Source of the DNA: an uncultured bacterium
Lineage (GTDB): Bacteria; Actinomycetota; Acidimicrobiia; Spongiisociales; UBA5794
NCBI GenBank assembly: GCA_963801165.1
Contig: CAWDDT010000005.1
Coordinates: forward strand, 1-64,000
Reading direction: 5' to 3'
Length of the DNA: 64,000 bases
In this document: one piece after another, positions 45,982-56,058 of the stretch
How positions within the stretch are numbered: position 1 is the first letter of the stretch
Layout of the letters: each line of letters begins with the position of its first letter
The notes under the pieces: model-generated
Seen by the model: only the letters and a program-made list of their open reading frames with translations
What the model was told of the DNA's origin: nothing
Database searches by the model: none
Translations under genes and position numbers: made by a program

Positions 45982-46734
45982 TCAGGCCCCGGCGGTGCGC
46001 CACTCCATGAGGGTGCTCTCGATCGTCTGGCGGGCCCTGGCGATGAGGTCGGCCGGGTCCTCGCCGGCAAGGCGTTGCAGCGGATCGGAAAACCGCACCC
46101 GGACCCTGGTACCGAACGGAACGGGAAACAGCTTGTCTTGGAGCAGCTTCCAGGAACCGTCGATCGTCGCCGGGACGACGGGCAGGTTCGGTGCCGCGGC
46201 GAGCAGCTCCTTGAGACCACCCATCCGGAAAGTCTTGAGCCTGCCGTCACGTGACCGGGTACCCTCCGGAAAGATCACGACGGCGACGTTGCGCCTCTCG
46301 GCGGCCTCTCCCAGCTCCCGGATCGCCCGGCGAGCCTGAGCCGGATCGTCACGGTCGATGACCGCGTTGCCGCCGTGGTTGAGATTGAACGAAATCGCCG
46401 GCAGCCATCGCTTCAACTCCCGCTTCGCCACGTACTTCGGGTAATTGCTGAAGAGCAACCCGCCGAAGATGGGGACGTCGAACAGGCTCTGGTGGTTGGA
46501 CACGATGATGTAACCGGTCCGGGGATTGATGCCTTCCGAACGCTCCACCTGGAGCCGGGTCCCTGTCATTGCAAAGATACCGAGCAGTGTCTGCTGCATC
46601 ACCCCCATGGTGACCTCCATGGGTCGGAGCCCGAACAGCCGGGCGATCCGGGCGATCGGCTCGAAGATCGCGAGCGTCAGCCCGAACAGGATCAGGAACG
46701 GGATGGTGCACAGCCAGTCGAGGATCTTCTTCAC
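45982..46734 (-). CDS. 1-acyl-sn-glycerol-3-phosphate acyltransferase family
   Basis: NHQSLFD, AKREL and FPEGTRS; start GTG 46734. Confidence 0.9.
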   Translation of the reverse strand: MKKILDWLCTIPFLILFGLTLAIFEPIARIARLFGLRPMEVTMGVMQQTLLGIFAMTGTRLQVERSEGINPRTGYIIVSNHQSLFDVPIFGGLLFSNYPKYVAKRELKRWLPAISFNLNHGGNAVIDRDDPAQARRAIRELGEAAERRNVAVVIFPEGTRSRDGRLKTFRMGGLKELLAAAPNLPVVPATIDGSWKLLQDKLFPVPFGTRVRVRFSDPLQRLAGEDPADLIARARQTIESTLMEWRTAGA

Positions 46735-46797
46735 GCGAACTCCGGAATCAGCTGTATCAGCATGGCAGCTCGAGCGCATAACGCAAGCTCGGCGTCT

Positions 46798-47970
46798 TCA
46801 CGTCGGGTCAGACCGTGTGGCGACGCGACCCACGGCTGCGATGGCGACGGAAGCTACAGCCAGCGCGGCGCCAACGAGGATCCAGATCGCATCGAAACCC
46901 CACCGCTCGGCCACAACACCGATCACAACGGGGCCGGCACCGGCACCGAAGAAGATCCCGGCCTGGGTGATCCCCGACGATCTCGCCGCCGAGCCCGTGT
47001 TGGCGTTGACAACGGTGAAGGTCATCAGCCCGGGCCAGCCCCAACCGGTGGCAAATGCCGCCAGGACGAGAGCAGAGAACGCCACGCCCGTCACCGTACC
47101 GAACACCCAGAAGACGATCACGCCGACTGCGGTCAGCGCCGTCATCGCCCCAAAGCCTCTGCCGTTTCTCCGATCGGTGACGTACCCGACCGCGACCCGT
47201 CCGGCGATGCTCGCCGCAGAGCCGGCGAAGAGAAGCCAGCCGGCGGCCGCTTCCGTGAAGCCACGGTCGACGGCTGCGGCGACGAGGTATGTGCTCAACG
47301 CGATCGCCCCCCAGGTCGCCATGGATGCGCCGATCGCCAGCCCGACTAGAAGCCGCGTCGTCATCGGCTCGACACGCCGTCTCGTGTCTGCAGGGGGGAC
47401 GTCTCCGGGGGTGAACTCACCCGCTGCCAACAGCCACACGACAACACCGAACAGGGCAGCGAAGACATAGGCGCTGCGCCAGCCCGTATGGAGGATCACG
47501 ACCGGGATGGCGAGACCGGCGAGGAGAGTAGATGCCGGGATCCCGGCATGCTTGAGACCAAAAGTCATCGCCCGCCTGGCGGGGTCGACGTGCTCGGCGA
47601 GTGCCAGGTTGGCGGCAGGATTGGCGAGGCCATAGACGATCCCGCCGACAACAATCAGGCTCGCAAAGACAACGAGGTTGTGAGCGACAAGCGCGATCAG
47701 CATCAGAATCACACCCGAGATCGTCGCGTTGAACCGGACGGCCCGTTGCCAGCCCACGCGCTGTACCAGGCGACCGAGCGGAGCCGATGCTGCAGAGGCG
47801 GAGAGGAAGAAGGCCGCGGTGAGGACACCAAGCCCGGTGGTCCCGAACCCGAACTCAGGGCCGATGCTGAGAAAGGCTGCGCCCAGCAGGAACACCGGCT
47901 GCGTGCTCACAACGACGATCGAGACTGCCAGGAGGACCAAACGCCAGGGGATTTGCCCGGATCGGGTCAC
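46798..47970 (-). CDS. MFS transporter
   Basis: About 12 TMs, GRLVQRVGWQR and GYVTDRRNGR loops; GTGA overlap with azlD. Confidence 0.85.
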   Translation of the reverse strand: MTRSGQIPWRLVLLAVSIVVVSTQPVFLLGAAFLSIGPEFGFGTTGLGVLTAAFFLSASAASAPLGRLVQRVGWQRAVRFNATISGVILMLIALVAHNLVVFASLIVVGGIVYGLANPAANLALAEHVDPARRAMTFGLKHAGIPASTLLAGLAIPVVILHTGWRSAYVFAALFGVVVWLLAAGEFTPGDVPPADTRRRVEPMTTRLLVGLAIGASMATWGAIALSTYLVAAAVDRGFTEAAAGWLLFAGSAASIAGRVAVGYVTDRRNGRGFGAMTALTAVGVIVFWVFGTVTGVAFSALVLAAFATGWGWPGLMTFTVVNANTGSAARSSGITQAGIFFGAGAGPVVIGVVAERWGFDAIWILVGAALAVASVAIAAVGRVATRSDPT

Positions 47971-48284
47971 AGCAACCAGTCCAGGAGCCACAGCGACCCC
48001 ATCCCGACGGCAACCACGAGGGACACGTTCCGCCATTTGTAGGCGACCAGCGCCGCGATCACCCCGGCGAGAAACCTGGGGTTGATCGTCGGGAGAAGCT
48101 CGACGGCACCGTTCGGCATGACGATGGCGGGCAGGACGATGGCTCCCAGCACGGCCGGGGCTACGTATCGCAACGGCAGCTCCATCCAACCCGGCATCTC
48201 CCGCTCCCCGAAGAACCCGATGAAGGACAGCCTGGTGAGGAAGGTGCCGACGCCGATCACGATGACGGAGATCCACATCGTCAC
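47967..48284 (-). CDS. azlD: Branched-chain amino-acid exporter small subunit, AzlD family
   Basis: GTFLTRLSF, LRYVAPAVL and hydrophobic profile; follows azlC. Confidence 0.85.
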   Translation of the reverse strand: MTMWISVIVIGVGTFLTRLSFIGFFGEREMPGWMELPLRYVAPAVLGAIVLPAIVMPNGAVELLPTINPRFLAGVIAALVAYKWRNVSLVVAVGMGSLWLLDWLL

Positions 48285-48979
48285 GGCTCACCAGCCTTCT
48301 CGAGCGCAACGCCTGTGCCGACGCCTACCACAGCTCCGATCACGAGACCGAGATGGAATGGGACCCCGTTGGCAACCACGGCAAGCAGCCCACCGGCCAG
48401 CGCAGCTGCGAGACCGGGTCGGGTCTGGATGACCGGGATCAGCAGGACGAGGAATACCAGCGGGATGGCGAACTCCAGACCAACAGATTCGGGGATCTGC
48501 GCCCCGACGACGATACCGGCGATGGTGGCGAGCTGCCACGGCACCCAGAGCCCCATGCCGGCACCGAAGAAGAACCAACGACGGTAAGCCGGATCGTCGT
48601 TCTTCTCGAACTGCAGGATCGACAGGGCGAAGGCCTGGTCGGTGAGGAGATATGGAAGGAGCAGCCGGGAGCGCCGCGGGAAGTCGCGGAAGGCGGGCGC
48701 CAGAGCCGCGCTGTACATCAGGTGCCGGATGTTCACGACGAGGGCGGTGACAACGACGATGACCGCTGCTGCGTGGTCGTCGAACAGCTGCACGGTCACC
48801 AACTGAGCGGCCCCGGCAAAGATTATTTGCGACGAGGCTATCCCGAGACCGCTCCCCACAACCGAGCCGGCGGCGGTCACTCCCAGCACGAGCCCGAAGG
48901 GAACGATGGCAAGCAGCAGCGGAGCCATGGCCCGCAACCCGTCGGCGAACGCACTGCGTCTGATATCAGCGTCTCTCAT
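48281..48979 (-). CDS. azlC: Branched-chain amino-acid exporter, AzlC family
   Basis: FAGAAQL, VNIRHLMYS, LTDQAFA and GLEFAIP motifs. Confidence 0.9.
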   Translation of the reverse strand: MRDADIRRSAFADGLRAMAPLLLAIVPFGLVLGVTAAGSVVGSGLGIASSQIIFAGAAQLVTVQLFDDHAAAVIVVVTALVVNIRHLMYSAALAPAFRDFPRRSRLLLPYLLTDQAFALSILQFEKNDDPAYRRWFFFGAGMGLWVPWQLATIAGIVVGAQIPESVGLEFAIPLVFLVLLIPVIQTRPGLAAALAGGLLAVVANGVPFHLGLVIGAVVGVGTGVALEKAGEP

Positions 48980-49063
48980 CAATCCTGCTCCCGAGGAACG
49001 CGCCACGATACCGGCCTTTGCCCCGGGCGCGGATCGCACCGGTGGCGCTCTACTCTCCCACCC

Positions 49064-50326
49064 ATGAGCAGCCCAGACCTCCTCGCCGGATTCGACGAGC
49101 TCCGAGCCGGCCGGCTACGACGCATGAAGCTGGGCGCGGCCGGGTTGCTGGTGTTGGCGGCACTCGTGTTCATCGCCACCTTCGTCTTCACCGACGGGAC
49201 GGGCTGGTCCGGTTATGTACGCGCGGCAGCTGAGGCCGGGATGGTTGGCGGGATCGCGGACTGGTTCGCCGTCACCGCGCTGTTCCGCCACCCGCTCGGA
49301 ATCCCGATCCCCCACACCGCCTTGATCCCCCGTGGGAAGGATGCGATCGGCAGGGGGCTCGGCGAGTTCGTACAACGCAACTTCATGCATCCGGATGCGC
49401 TGGTCGCCCGGGTGCGGGACGCCCGGGTCTCGCTACGAATCGGCGAATGGCTGGCGAACCCGGACAACGCCCGGGCCGCGTCCCGTCAGGCCGCCGGTGT
49501 CATCGCCGCCGTCGCCGAAACCGTCAACGAGGACGAGATCCAGGACAGCCTCCGGGAAATGATCGCAACCCGGATAGAAGGCGTGGACGTTGCTCCCCTG
49601 CTCGGCAGCGTCCTCGACAAGGCGGTGTCCGGCGGCCACCACGAGGCAATCATCGCAGCGGGTCTGCGCGGGGTGAACAATGCAATCACCGAGAATCGGG
49701 ACCTGATTCGCAAGCGGATCTACGAGGAGGCACCCGGCTGGGTTCCGGGCTACGTCAACGAGATCGTCTTCGAGAAGATCTACATCAGCCTGCGCCAGTT
49801 CGTAGCTGAGATTGCCGCAAACGAGGACCACGAGATACGGCGAATACTCGAAACCAAAATCATCGACTGGATCGAGCAGTTGCGGACATCGCCCGAGCTC
49901 GCCGAACGGGGCAACGAGCTGAAACGCCAGCTGCTCGAAGACCCCGAGTTCAGGTCGTGGACGGATGGCATCTGGGCCTCGGTCAGGGAGAGCATCAGCG
50001 CCGCGGCCGAGCAACCCGAATCCGATCTGCGCAAGCGGCTCGAGCAGCTCGCCCTCTCCACCGGAGAGCGATTGGTCTCCGATGGGCAGGTGCGGGAGAG
50101 CGTCGACGCCTGGATCTCCAACCTCGCCCGTCATCTCGCCGAGAGGTCCGGGCCGGAAGTGGCGTCGCTCATCGAGACCACGGTGCAGCGCTGGGATGCC
50201 GATGAGACGTCGCACCGGCTCGAGCTCCAGGTGGGCCGTGATCTCCAGTTCATCCGGATCAACGGCACGATCGTCGGCAGCCTGGTCGGTCTGTTGCTGC
50301 ATGCCGTCGTTCAGGTGCTCGGATGA
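49064..50326 (+). CDS. DUF445 family membrane protein
   Basis: EAGMVGGIADWFAVTALFRHPLG.PIPHTA and GRDLQFIRINGT; TACTCT 7 nt before ATG. Confidence 0.92.
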   Translation: MSSPDLLAGFDELRAGRLRRMKLGAAGLLVLAALVFIATFVFTDGTGWSGYVRAAAEAGMVGGIADWFAVTALFRHPLGIPIPHTALIPRGKDAIGRGLGEFVQRNFMHPDALVARVRDARVSLRIGEWLANPDNARAASRQAAGVIAAVAETVNEDEIQDSLREMIATRIEGVDVAPLLGSVLDKAVSGGHHEAIIAAGLRGVNNAITENRDLIRKRIYEEAPGWVPGYVNEIVFEKIYISLRQFVAEIAANEDHEIRRILETKIIDWIEQLRTSPELAERGNELKRQLLEDPEFRSWTDGIWASVRESISAAAEQPESDLRKRLEQLALSTGERLVSDGQVRESVDAWISNLARHLAERSGPEVASLIETTVQRWDADETSHRLELQVGRDLQFIRINGTIVGSLVGLLLHAVVQVLG

Positions 50327-50385
50327 CAATCGCTTCGTGCGTAGGACCTGCCGGAGTACCGGCATCCGCTACGCAAGAATGCTCT

Positions 50386-50811
50386 CTAGCTACGGAGCAA
50401 CGGGCGCAATTGATCCACCAGGTCTTTGCGCCCGAGGGCATCAGCGACCGCGGCCACAACCCTTCCATCGTCCTGAAGCCCGTGAACCGAGGAGAAGTCG
50501 GCGTCGGCGTCGTCGCTTCGCACGAAGTACTCGACAGCGCCCGCGAGCAGCCGCCGGTCGATGTATGCCCATTCGTCGGCATGACCGAGCAATGCGATCA
50601 GCGTTGCAGCGATTGGGCCGGCCAGGGCACCATCGGGGACGTTGCCGTCCTCCATCCCCTTTTCGATGACACCGAGGTATGACCGAACCCGCTTCTGATC
50701 GGCCAGCAGGTCTTCCGCCGATCTTGCTTCGCACAACTCCAAGAACACCAGGCGCTCTTCAACACTCAGCGCAGATTCGGCAACTGCCCGGACGACGTCG
50801 TCCCTCGTCAT
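50386..50811 (-). CDS. YkvA/DUF1232-like protein
   Basis: YFVRSDDADAD...GLQDD motif; TACCAT 6 nt before ATG 50811. Confidence 0.6.
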   Translation of the reverse strand: MTRDDVVRAVAESALSVEERLVFLELCEARSAEDLLADQKRVRSYLGVIEKGMEDGNVPDGALAGPIAATLIALLGHADEWAYIDRRLLAGAVEYFVRSDDADADFSSVHGLQDDGRVVAAVADALGRKDLVDQLRPLLRS

Positions 50812-50880
50812 GGTCGTATGGTAGAAGAATCCAAAGGTGGGGAAAAGGCGAAGGTCTGCGTCGTCCCGTACCCTGTCCGG

Positions 50881-51306
50881 GTGCGCGACAACACCGCTAA
50901 GCAACTCTCGACGTTGCACCGTGTCCTGTACCGGGTGACGCGAGGGAGAATCGGCCGCCGTCTGGTCGACAACGACATGTTGTTGCTCACTACCACCGGT
51001 CGACGCACGGCCAAGAAGCACACGGTCCCGCTGCTCTATCTCCGCGATGGCGACGACCTGGTCGTGATCGCATCCTGGGGCGGCCGGGACCACCATCCCG
51101 AGTGGTATCTGAACCTCCTCGCCAACCCCGCCGCGGCGGTGCAGATCAACGGCGATCGCATTGCCGTTACTGCGGCAACCGCTGATGCCGCCCGAAGGGC
51201 GCGGCTGTGGCCACGGGTGCTGGCGGCGTACGACGGTTATCGCGTGTACGAATCCCGCACCGATCGGGAGATCCCGGTCGTCATCTTGAGCCGGCCCGAT
51301 AGCTGA
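50881..51306 (+). CDS. Deazaflavin (F420H2)-dependent nitroreductase/quinone reductase, Ddn family
   Basis: LLLTTTGRRT, VIASWGG, HPEWYLNL.ANP and YESRTDREIPVV; start uncertain (50818-50881). Confidence 0.9.
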   Translation: MRDNTAKQLSTLHRVLYRVTRGRIGRRLVDNDMLLLTTTGRRTAKKHTVPLLYLRDGDDLVVIASWGGRDHHPEWYLNLLANPAAAVQINGDRIAVTAATADAARRARLWPRVLAAYDGYRVYESRTDREIPVVILSRPDS

Positions 51307-51309
51307 GGC

Positions 51310-51999
51310 TCAACCAAGGGCAGCGTCCACAGCCGCCAGCGCATGAAGGCGAGTGGTCGGGAAGTACGGCACGCTCACGTCGGCCGGCGTCACCAGCAAC
51401 TCGATCTCCGTGCAGCCGGCGATCACTCCCGTCGCCCCCCGGGCAACAAGCCGGTCGATGATCTCCAGGTAGCGTCGCCGGGACTCGTCACGGATGAACC
51501 CTTGTACCAGCTCGTCGTATATGACGTCGTTGACCACGATACGGTCGGCCTCGCCGGGCACCAGCACCTGGAGATGATGTGACTCGAGCCTGCCTCGGTA
51601 GAAGTCCATCTCCATGGTGAACCGGGTACCGAGCAATGCAACAGTCTCCACACCAGCGGCTATGACGGCCTGCGCCGTGGCATCGGCGAGATGGAGAAAC
51701 GGGACGTCAACGGCGGCTTCGATGGCAGGTGCGACCAAGTGCATCGTGTTGGTGCACAACACGATCAGCTCCGCTCCGGCGTGTTGGAGTTGACGGGCGT
51801 CGGCCGCAAGCAGCCTACCGGCAGCCTCCCAGCCACCGGCTTCTTGCAGTTCCTCGATTGCGGCGAAGTCGTAGGAGCGGACAATGAGATCGGCCGAATG
51901 CACGCCGCCGAGCCGGCGCCGCACCTCGGTGTTGATGATGCGCTCGTACTCGATCGACGACTCCCAGCTCATCCCACCGAGCAGACCGATTGTCTTCAT
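51310..51999 (-). CDS. Aspartate/amino-acid racemase (YgeA/RacX family)
   Basis: MKTIGLLGGMSWES, CTNTMH and GCTEI (two catalytic Cys); RBS GGAGGTG. Confidence 0.93.
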   Translation of the reverse strand: MKTIGLLGGMSWESSIEYERIINTEVRRRLGGVHSADLIVRSYDFAAIEELQEAGGWEAAGRLLAADARQLQHAGAELIVLCTNTMHLVAPAIEAAVDVPFLHLADATAQAVIAAGVETVALLGTRFTMEMDFYRGRLESHHLQVLVPGEADRIVVNDVIYDELVQGFIRDESRRRYLEIIDRLVARGATGVIAGCTEIELLVTPADVSVPYFPTTRLHALAAVDAALG

Positions 52000-52037
52000 G
52001 GCGTGCTCACCTCCGACAACCGGAGGCTATACGCCGA

Positions 52038-52643
52038 TCACGATTGCGTGCACTCGGTTTCTGCGAGGAACACGAGATCGAACACGTCACGAGCGGACGG
52101 CCCGTAGTCGCGAAGATAGAACGACTTGGTTGCGCAGAACACCTCCTCGAGGCGTTCGATCCTATCCGGCTCGCGCGGTGTGCGCTCGTACTCGATGCTC
52201 AGCGCTTGATCGAGCGCCCCCAGGACGACTAGAAGCCAATCGCCATACACTTCCTCAGTACTGGCATCACCCTTGGGGTCTCGTTCTCTCAGGTAGAGCG
52301 ACGCGCTGTTATAGAGACTGGACCAGAATCTCTCGACTGTGCCATCGGCGTACGCTTGAGCGACCAGGTACACGGCGTAGCGTGCATCCTGGCGGCGCTG
52401 GTCCCACGCCTTCACCAGCTTGTCTCGGTCCTTCTCCCGCAAGCCTTCGTCGACCAACTGCTGCGCCGCTTGGTCCGTCTCCGTTGCCGTGGCCACGTGC
52501 CCGGCCGCCGCTTCGGCGGGGTTCTCGCTGGTCCGCAGATCCTGGTCGGCGAAGATCTCCCCCAGCTCCTGGGGAGTGCAAGCCGCCACAACCAACGACA
52601 AGAGAAGCACAACAACTACCAGGCCACGTCTCCGCACCATCAC
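52038..52643 (-). CDS. Hypothetical lipoprotein
   Basis: Lipobox VAAC; helical body; GTGA overlap with the upstream gene. Confidence 0.65.
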   Translation of the reverse strand: MMVRRRGLVVVVLLLSLVVAACTPQELGEIFADQDLRTSENPAEAAAGHVATATETDQAAQQLVDEGLREKDRDKLVKAWDQRRQDARYAVYLVAQAYADGTVERFWSSLYNSASLYLRERDPKGDASTEEVYGDWLLVVLGALDQALSIEYERTPREPDRIERLEEVFCATKSFYLRDYGPSARDVFDLVFLAETECTQS

Positions 52644-53425
52644 GACCCCCGGTCCACTTGCACGAGGAGCGCATCGCCGAGATCGGCGCCCGTCTGGTAT
52701 GCCTCCCTGAGGGCGTCGATCGACACCGCAAACGTCAAGGCAAACGGCCCCTCCTCATCCACTCCCCGATACACCATCACCAGCTCGGTGATCGATGCCG
52801 TCTCGATCTCGGGCAAGGCCAGGAGCGCACCGGTGATGTCGGCTCCCGCCTCCGGCGTGAGCAAGCCACCAATCGCGTCTTCGTCGCCCAACTCCATCAC
52901 GAGCAGCGAGGCATCGATCCCGGTGATCGGGAGTACCGATAGCGTGATCCCGGTGAGGTCGACCCCGGCTTCGCCAAGACCAAGGCTGATCGCAGCTGCG
53001 GCATAGACATCGGGGCTACCCCCGAGGTAGACGTCGGGACCCTCGGTCGGCGCTTGAGGGACTTCGTCAGCTTCAAGGGCCGCCCGGAAGACTGCTTCCG
53101 GCGTGTCCGTTTCATCAGGCGACGACCCCACCTCGCCGGCGTCGGGTTCGGTGCCGTTGTCTTCCTGACTGTCGACCGCCGGCTCTGGAGACAGCGTGAC
53201 ATCCTCCGTCGGCTCGGAAGTGTCCGCGACGTCTCCTGTATCTGAGCCGGCAGGGTCACCAGGGGCGGATGCCACGACCGGCTGGGTAGTTGGAGCGGCC
53301 GATGACGTCGTCGATGCCTCACCAACGGCGCCCTCCCCCGTCCCACACCCGGCAGTGAGCACGGCGAACATCGCGATCAAACCGAGGATTCTCGATACCT
53401 GACGGCTCGTCGATTGACACATCAT
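52640..53425 (-). CDS. Hypothetical acidic lipoprotein
   Basis: Lipobox TAGC, long acidic disordered linker and a compact C-terminal domain. Confidence 0.65.
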   Translation of the reverse strand: MMCQSTSRQVSRILGLIAMFAVLTAGCGTGEGAVGEASTTSSAAPTTQPVVASAPGDPAGSDTGDVADTSEPTEDVTLSPEPAVDSQEDNGTEPDAGEVGSSPDETDTPEAVFRAALEADEVPQAPTEGPDVYLGGSPDVYAAAAISLGLGEAGVDLTGITLSVLPITGIDASLLVMELGDEDAIGGLLTPEAGADITGALLALPEIETASITELVMVYRGVDEEGPFALTFAVSIDALREAYQTGADLGDALLVQVDRGS

Positions 53426-53536
53426 CGCGTCCCACCGATGGTTGGCACCTCGAGAACATCGTCACGATGATGGGATCACTGTAGAGAAGGGCGAACGCCG
53501 AAGATCGTATCCACCAGCTATGTTCTGGGAATGCCC

Positions 53537-54175
53537 ATGCAGATCGCCATCCCGGTCTTCGACAAGATAACCGCCCTCGACGCCATCGGGCCTTATGAGG
53601 TGCTGCAGCGTCTCCCCGGCAGCAAGGTCGTGTTCGTCGGTCACGAGGCCCGCGTCGTCCGCACCGACAATGGGTTTCTGGGCATCGCCGCAGACGCCGT
53701 CTTCGAAGACGTCCCCAACCCCGACGTGATTGTCTTCCCCGGCGGCATCGGCACCAGACCGATGATGAAGGACGAGCGGGTGCTCAACTGGTTGCGCAAG
53801 GCACATGAGACAACCCTGTTCACCACGTCGGTTTGCACCGGCTCACTCATCCTCGGCGCCGCCGGCCTTCTCGAAGGCCTGGAGGCAGCCACCCACTGGG
53901 GTGCATACGACATCCTGGAGAGCACCGGCGCCCTCCCGGTTGCCTCCCGGGTTGTAGAACACCTGGATGAACGTATCATCACCGCTGCCGGCGTGTCCTC
54001 GGGAATCGATATGGCGATGCGGCTGGCGGAGTTGCTCGTCGATGATGTCGCAGCCAAGGCAATGCAGCTCATGATCGAGTACGACCCGCAGCCGCCCTTC
54101 GACGCCGGCAGCGTGGCCAAAGCCGGCGCCGACGTCATCGCACGAGCCAAGCTGTACGCACAAGACCGCGACTGA
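53537..54175 (+). CDS. DJ-1/PfpI family protein (isonitrile hydratase-like)
   Basis: LDAIGPYEVL, FPGG, SVCTG, AAGVSSGID and EYDPQPPFDAG; start 53531 or 53537. Confidence 0.92.
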   Translation: MQIAIPVFDKITALDAIGPYEVLQRLPGSKVVFVGHEARVVRTDNGFLGIAADAVFEDVPNPDVIVFPGGIGTRPMMKDERVLNWLRKAHETTLFTTSVCTGSLILGAAGLLEGLEAATHWGAYDILESTGALPVASRVVEHLDERIITAAGVSSGIDMAMRLAELLVDDVAAKAMQLMIEYDPQPPFDAGSVAKAGADVIARAKLYAQDRD

Positions 54176-54210
54176 GCCGCATATGTAGCGCTCAGCGGTA
54201 ATGTCCGTGG

Positions 54211-55047
54211 ATGGCGGTTGTTACCAGGGGACGTCGATTAGCCCGCCGGCTGGTTCCTTTCCGGGTGCGCCGTGAGCTCGTTTGCCTGCGCCGCCTCCCC
54301 CGTTGGGTCGTTGAGCGCAACACGATCGCCTCCCACCACGCGACGCCCGGGGAGAGTGGTCGATACATCTGGCTGCTCGCGGGACACTCCTCACCGCTCA
54401 ACCGTATGCCGGGGTCGATCCCGGCTGATCTCCAGTTGGGCAAAGAAGCCAACATCGCAGTGGCTTCGTCTGCGCTCGACGGTCTGGTGGTGGTACCCAA
54501 TGAGACCTTCTCGTACCACCATGTTGTCGGCCGAACGACAAAGCGCCGTGGCTTCCGCAAAGGCATGGAATTGCAAAACGGGGACACGGCCGGAAGCTGG
54601 GGCGGAGGGCTGTGCCAGGTGTCGAACAGCTTCTACTGGGTGGCGGTGCGGGCTGGAATGCGGATTGTGGAGCGGCACCGGCACGGGCTCGATCTGTTCC
54701 CCGACCACGAGCGAACGGTTCCCTTCGGCTGCGGCGCAACCGTGGTGTACAACTACGCCGACTTCCGATTCGAGAACCCGTTGCCCCAACCGGTGATGCT
54801 GCGGGCGCGCGTCGAGGGCGGTGCCTTTGTCAGCGAGCTGTGGACTACCGGCGACCCCGGCTTCCGATTCGAAGTCGAGGAGGTGGACCACCGCTTCTAC
54901 CGAGACGACGAGGGATGGATGCGGGAGAACCGCCTTCGCCGCCGGGTCCGACGCCCCTCCGGTGAGTTGGTGAGCGACGTCGAGATAGCCCACAACACCG
55001 GCCGCGTGAGATACGAGCCGCCCACAAGCGAGGAGATGCAGCCATGA
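54211..55047 (+). CDS. VanW family protein
   Basis: P.ETFSY...VG, GGGLCQVSN, IVERHRH and GATV.YNY.DFRF.N; TAATGT 6 nt before ATG. Confidence 0.88.
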   Translation: MAVVTRGRRLARRLVPFRVRRELVCLRRLPRWVVERNTIASHHATPGESGRYIWLLAGHSSPLNRMPGSIPADLQLGKEANIAVASSALDGLVVVPNETFSYHHVVGRTTKRRGFRKGMELQNGDTAGSWGGGLCQVSNSFYWVAVRAGMRIVERHRHGLDLFPDHERTVPFGCGATVVYNYADFRFENPLPQPVMLRARVEGGAFVSELWTTGDPGFRFEVEEVDHRFYRDDEGWMRENRLRRRVRRPSGELVSDVEIAHNTGRVRYEPPTSEEMQP

Positions 55048-55988
55048 TCAGGGGCCTCGCCAAGGGTGCACTGTTCGCCGGATTTGGTGTCACCAGGTCG
55101 ACCGCACGGATGTATCGCACCGTCACCAGGGAGTGGATGGGAAGCCAGGCGACCCACGTCGACAAGCTGCGGCGGGTGTGGCCGGGTTACGTGGCGGTGT
55201 GGCGCGATCTCGGCATCGAACTCGAAGGCGCCACGGTTTGGGTCCATGAGGGGGGCTGGACGCCGTTCCCGTTCTTCGCCAACTATCTGGTGACCGGGTC
55301 GGCGGGCGTCGTCACCAACCACGAAGGTCGCATGCTCGATCGGTACCTGGCACGCGCCATCAACGGTGCGCTGACCTGTGCCCTGCCGGAGGACCTGCCC
55401 CTCGACGAGCGACGTCTCGAACTCGAGCCGCTGCGGTGGGCGGAGAGCGCTGCCCATGCCGTGGCACATCTCGGCGGAACGCTCCACGAGGGGGTCCGCG
55501 GCGACGCCATCCCGCTCGACGATAACTCAGCGGATCTCTGCCACTCGGGGGGAACGCTCGAGCATTACCACCCGACGGAATTGAAGAGCTTCCTCGGTGA
55601 GGCGATGAGAGTGCTGCGACCAGGTGGCACGATGTCGCACGTATTCGACCACCGCGACCATCTCCATCACGCCGATGCGCAGTGGCCTTATCTCCGGCAC
55701 TACGGCATGTCGGACATGACATACCGCATCTTCTGCGACAACCCGCTGCTCTACCACAACCGGCTGCTCCCCGGCGAAGTGGCCCGGCTCTTCGAGGATG
55801 CCGGCTTCGAGCTTGTGGTCATCCGGCGGATGATGCTGCCGTCGCGGCGGTACGTCGCAGACGGAGCGGACATGAGCGAAGGTGAGCCGGGCATCGTACC
55901 GGCGCGGCTGGCCGATCGTTTCCGCTACGCATCAGACGACGATCTGCGCACCGCCGCCGCCCACTACCTCTATCGCAAGCCCGGCTGA
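55044..55988 (+). CDS. Class I SAM-dependent methyltransferase-like protein
   Basis: IPLDDNSADL..S..TLEH, RVLRPGG, DHRDH and YHNRL; motif I is degenerate; ATGA overlap with vanW. Confidence 0.75.
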   Translation: MIRGLAKGALFAGFGVTRSTARMYRTVTREWMGSQATHVDKLRRVWPGYVAVWRDLGIELEGATVWVHEGGWTPFPFFANYLVTGSAGVVTNHEGRMLDRYLARAINGALTCALPEDLPLDERRLELEPLRWAESAAHAVAHLGGTLHEGVRGDAIPLDDNSADLCHSGGTLEHYHPTELKSFLGEAMRVLRPGGTMSHVFDHRDHLHHADAQWPYLRHYGMSDMTYRIFCDNPLLYHNRLLPGEVARLFEDAGFELVVIRRMMLPSRRYVADGADMSEGEPGIVPARLADRFRYASDDDLRTAAAHYLYRKPG

Positions 55989-55996
55989 GCCCATCG

Positions 55997-56021
55997 GGAA
56001 TGTCTGGCGCCCAACGGTGTT
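55997..56021 (+). promoter_or_regulatory. SigH/SigR-type promoter for doxX
   Basis: GGAAT-N17-GTT upstream of the RBS and ATG 56059. Confidence 0.45.
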
Positions 56022-56058
56022 CAGTAGGTTTGAAGCCGTCGCAACAAGGGAGAGCACG

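Noticed and set aside
54211-55047. Vancomycin resistance cluster
   Set aside because: vanW is alone; there is no vanHAX or vanRS.
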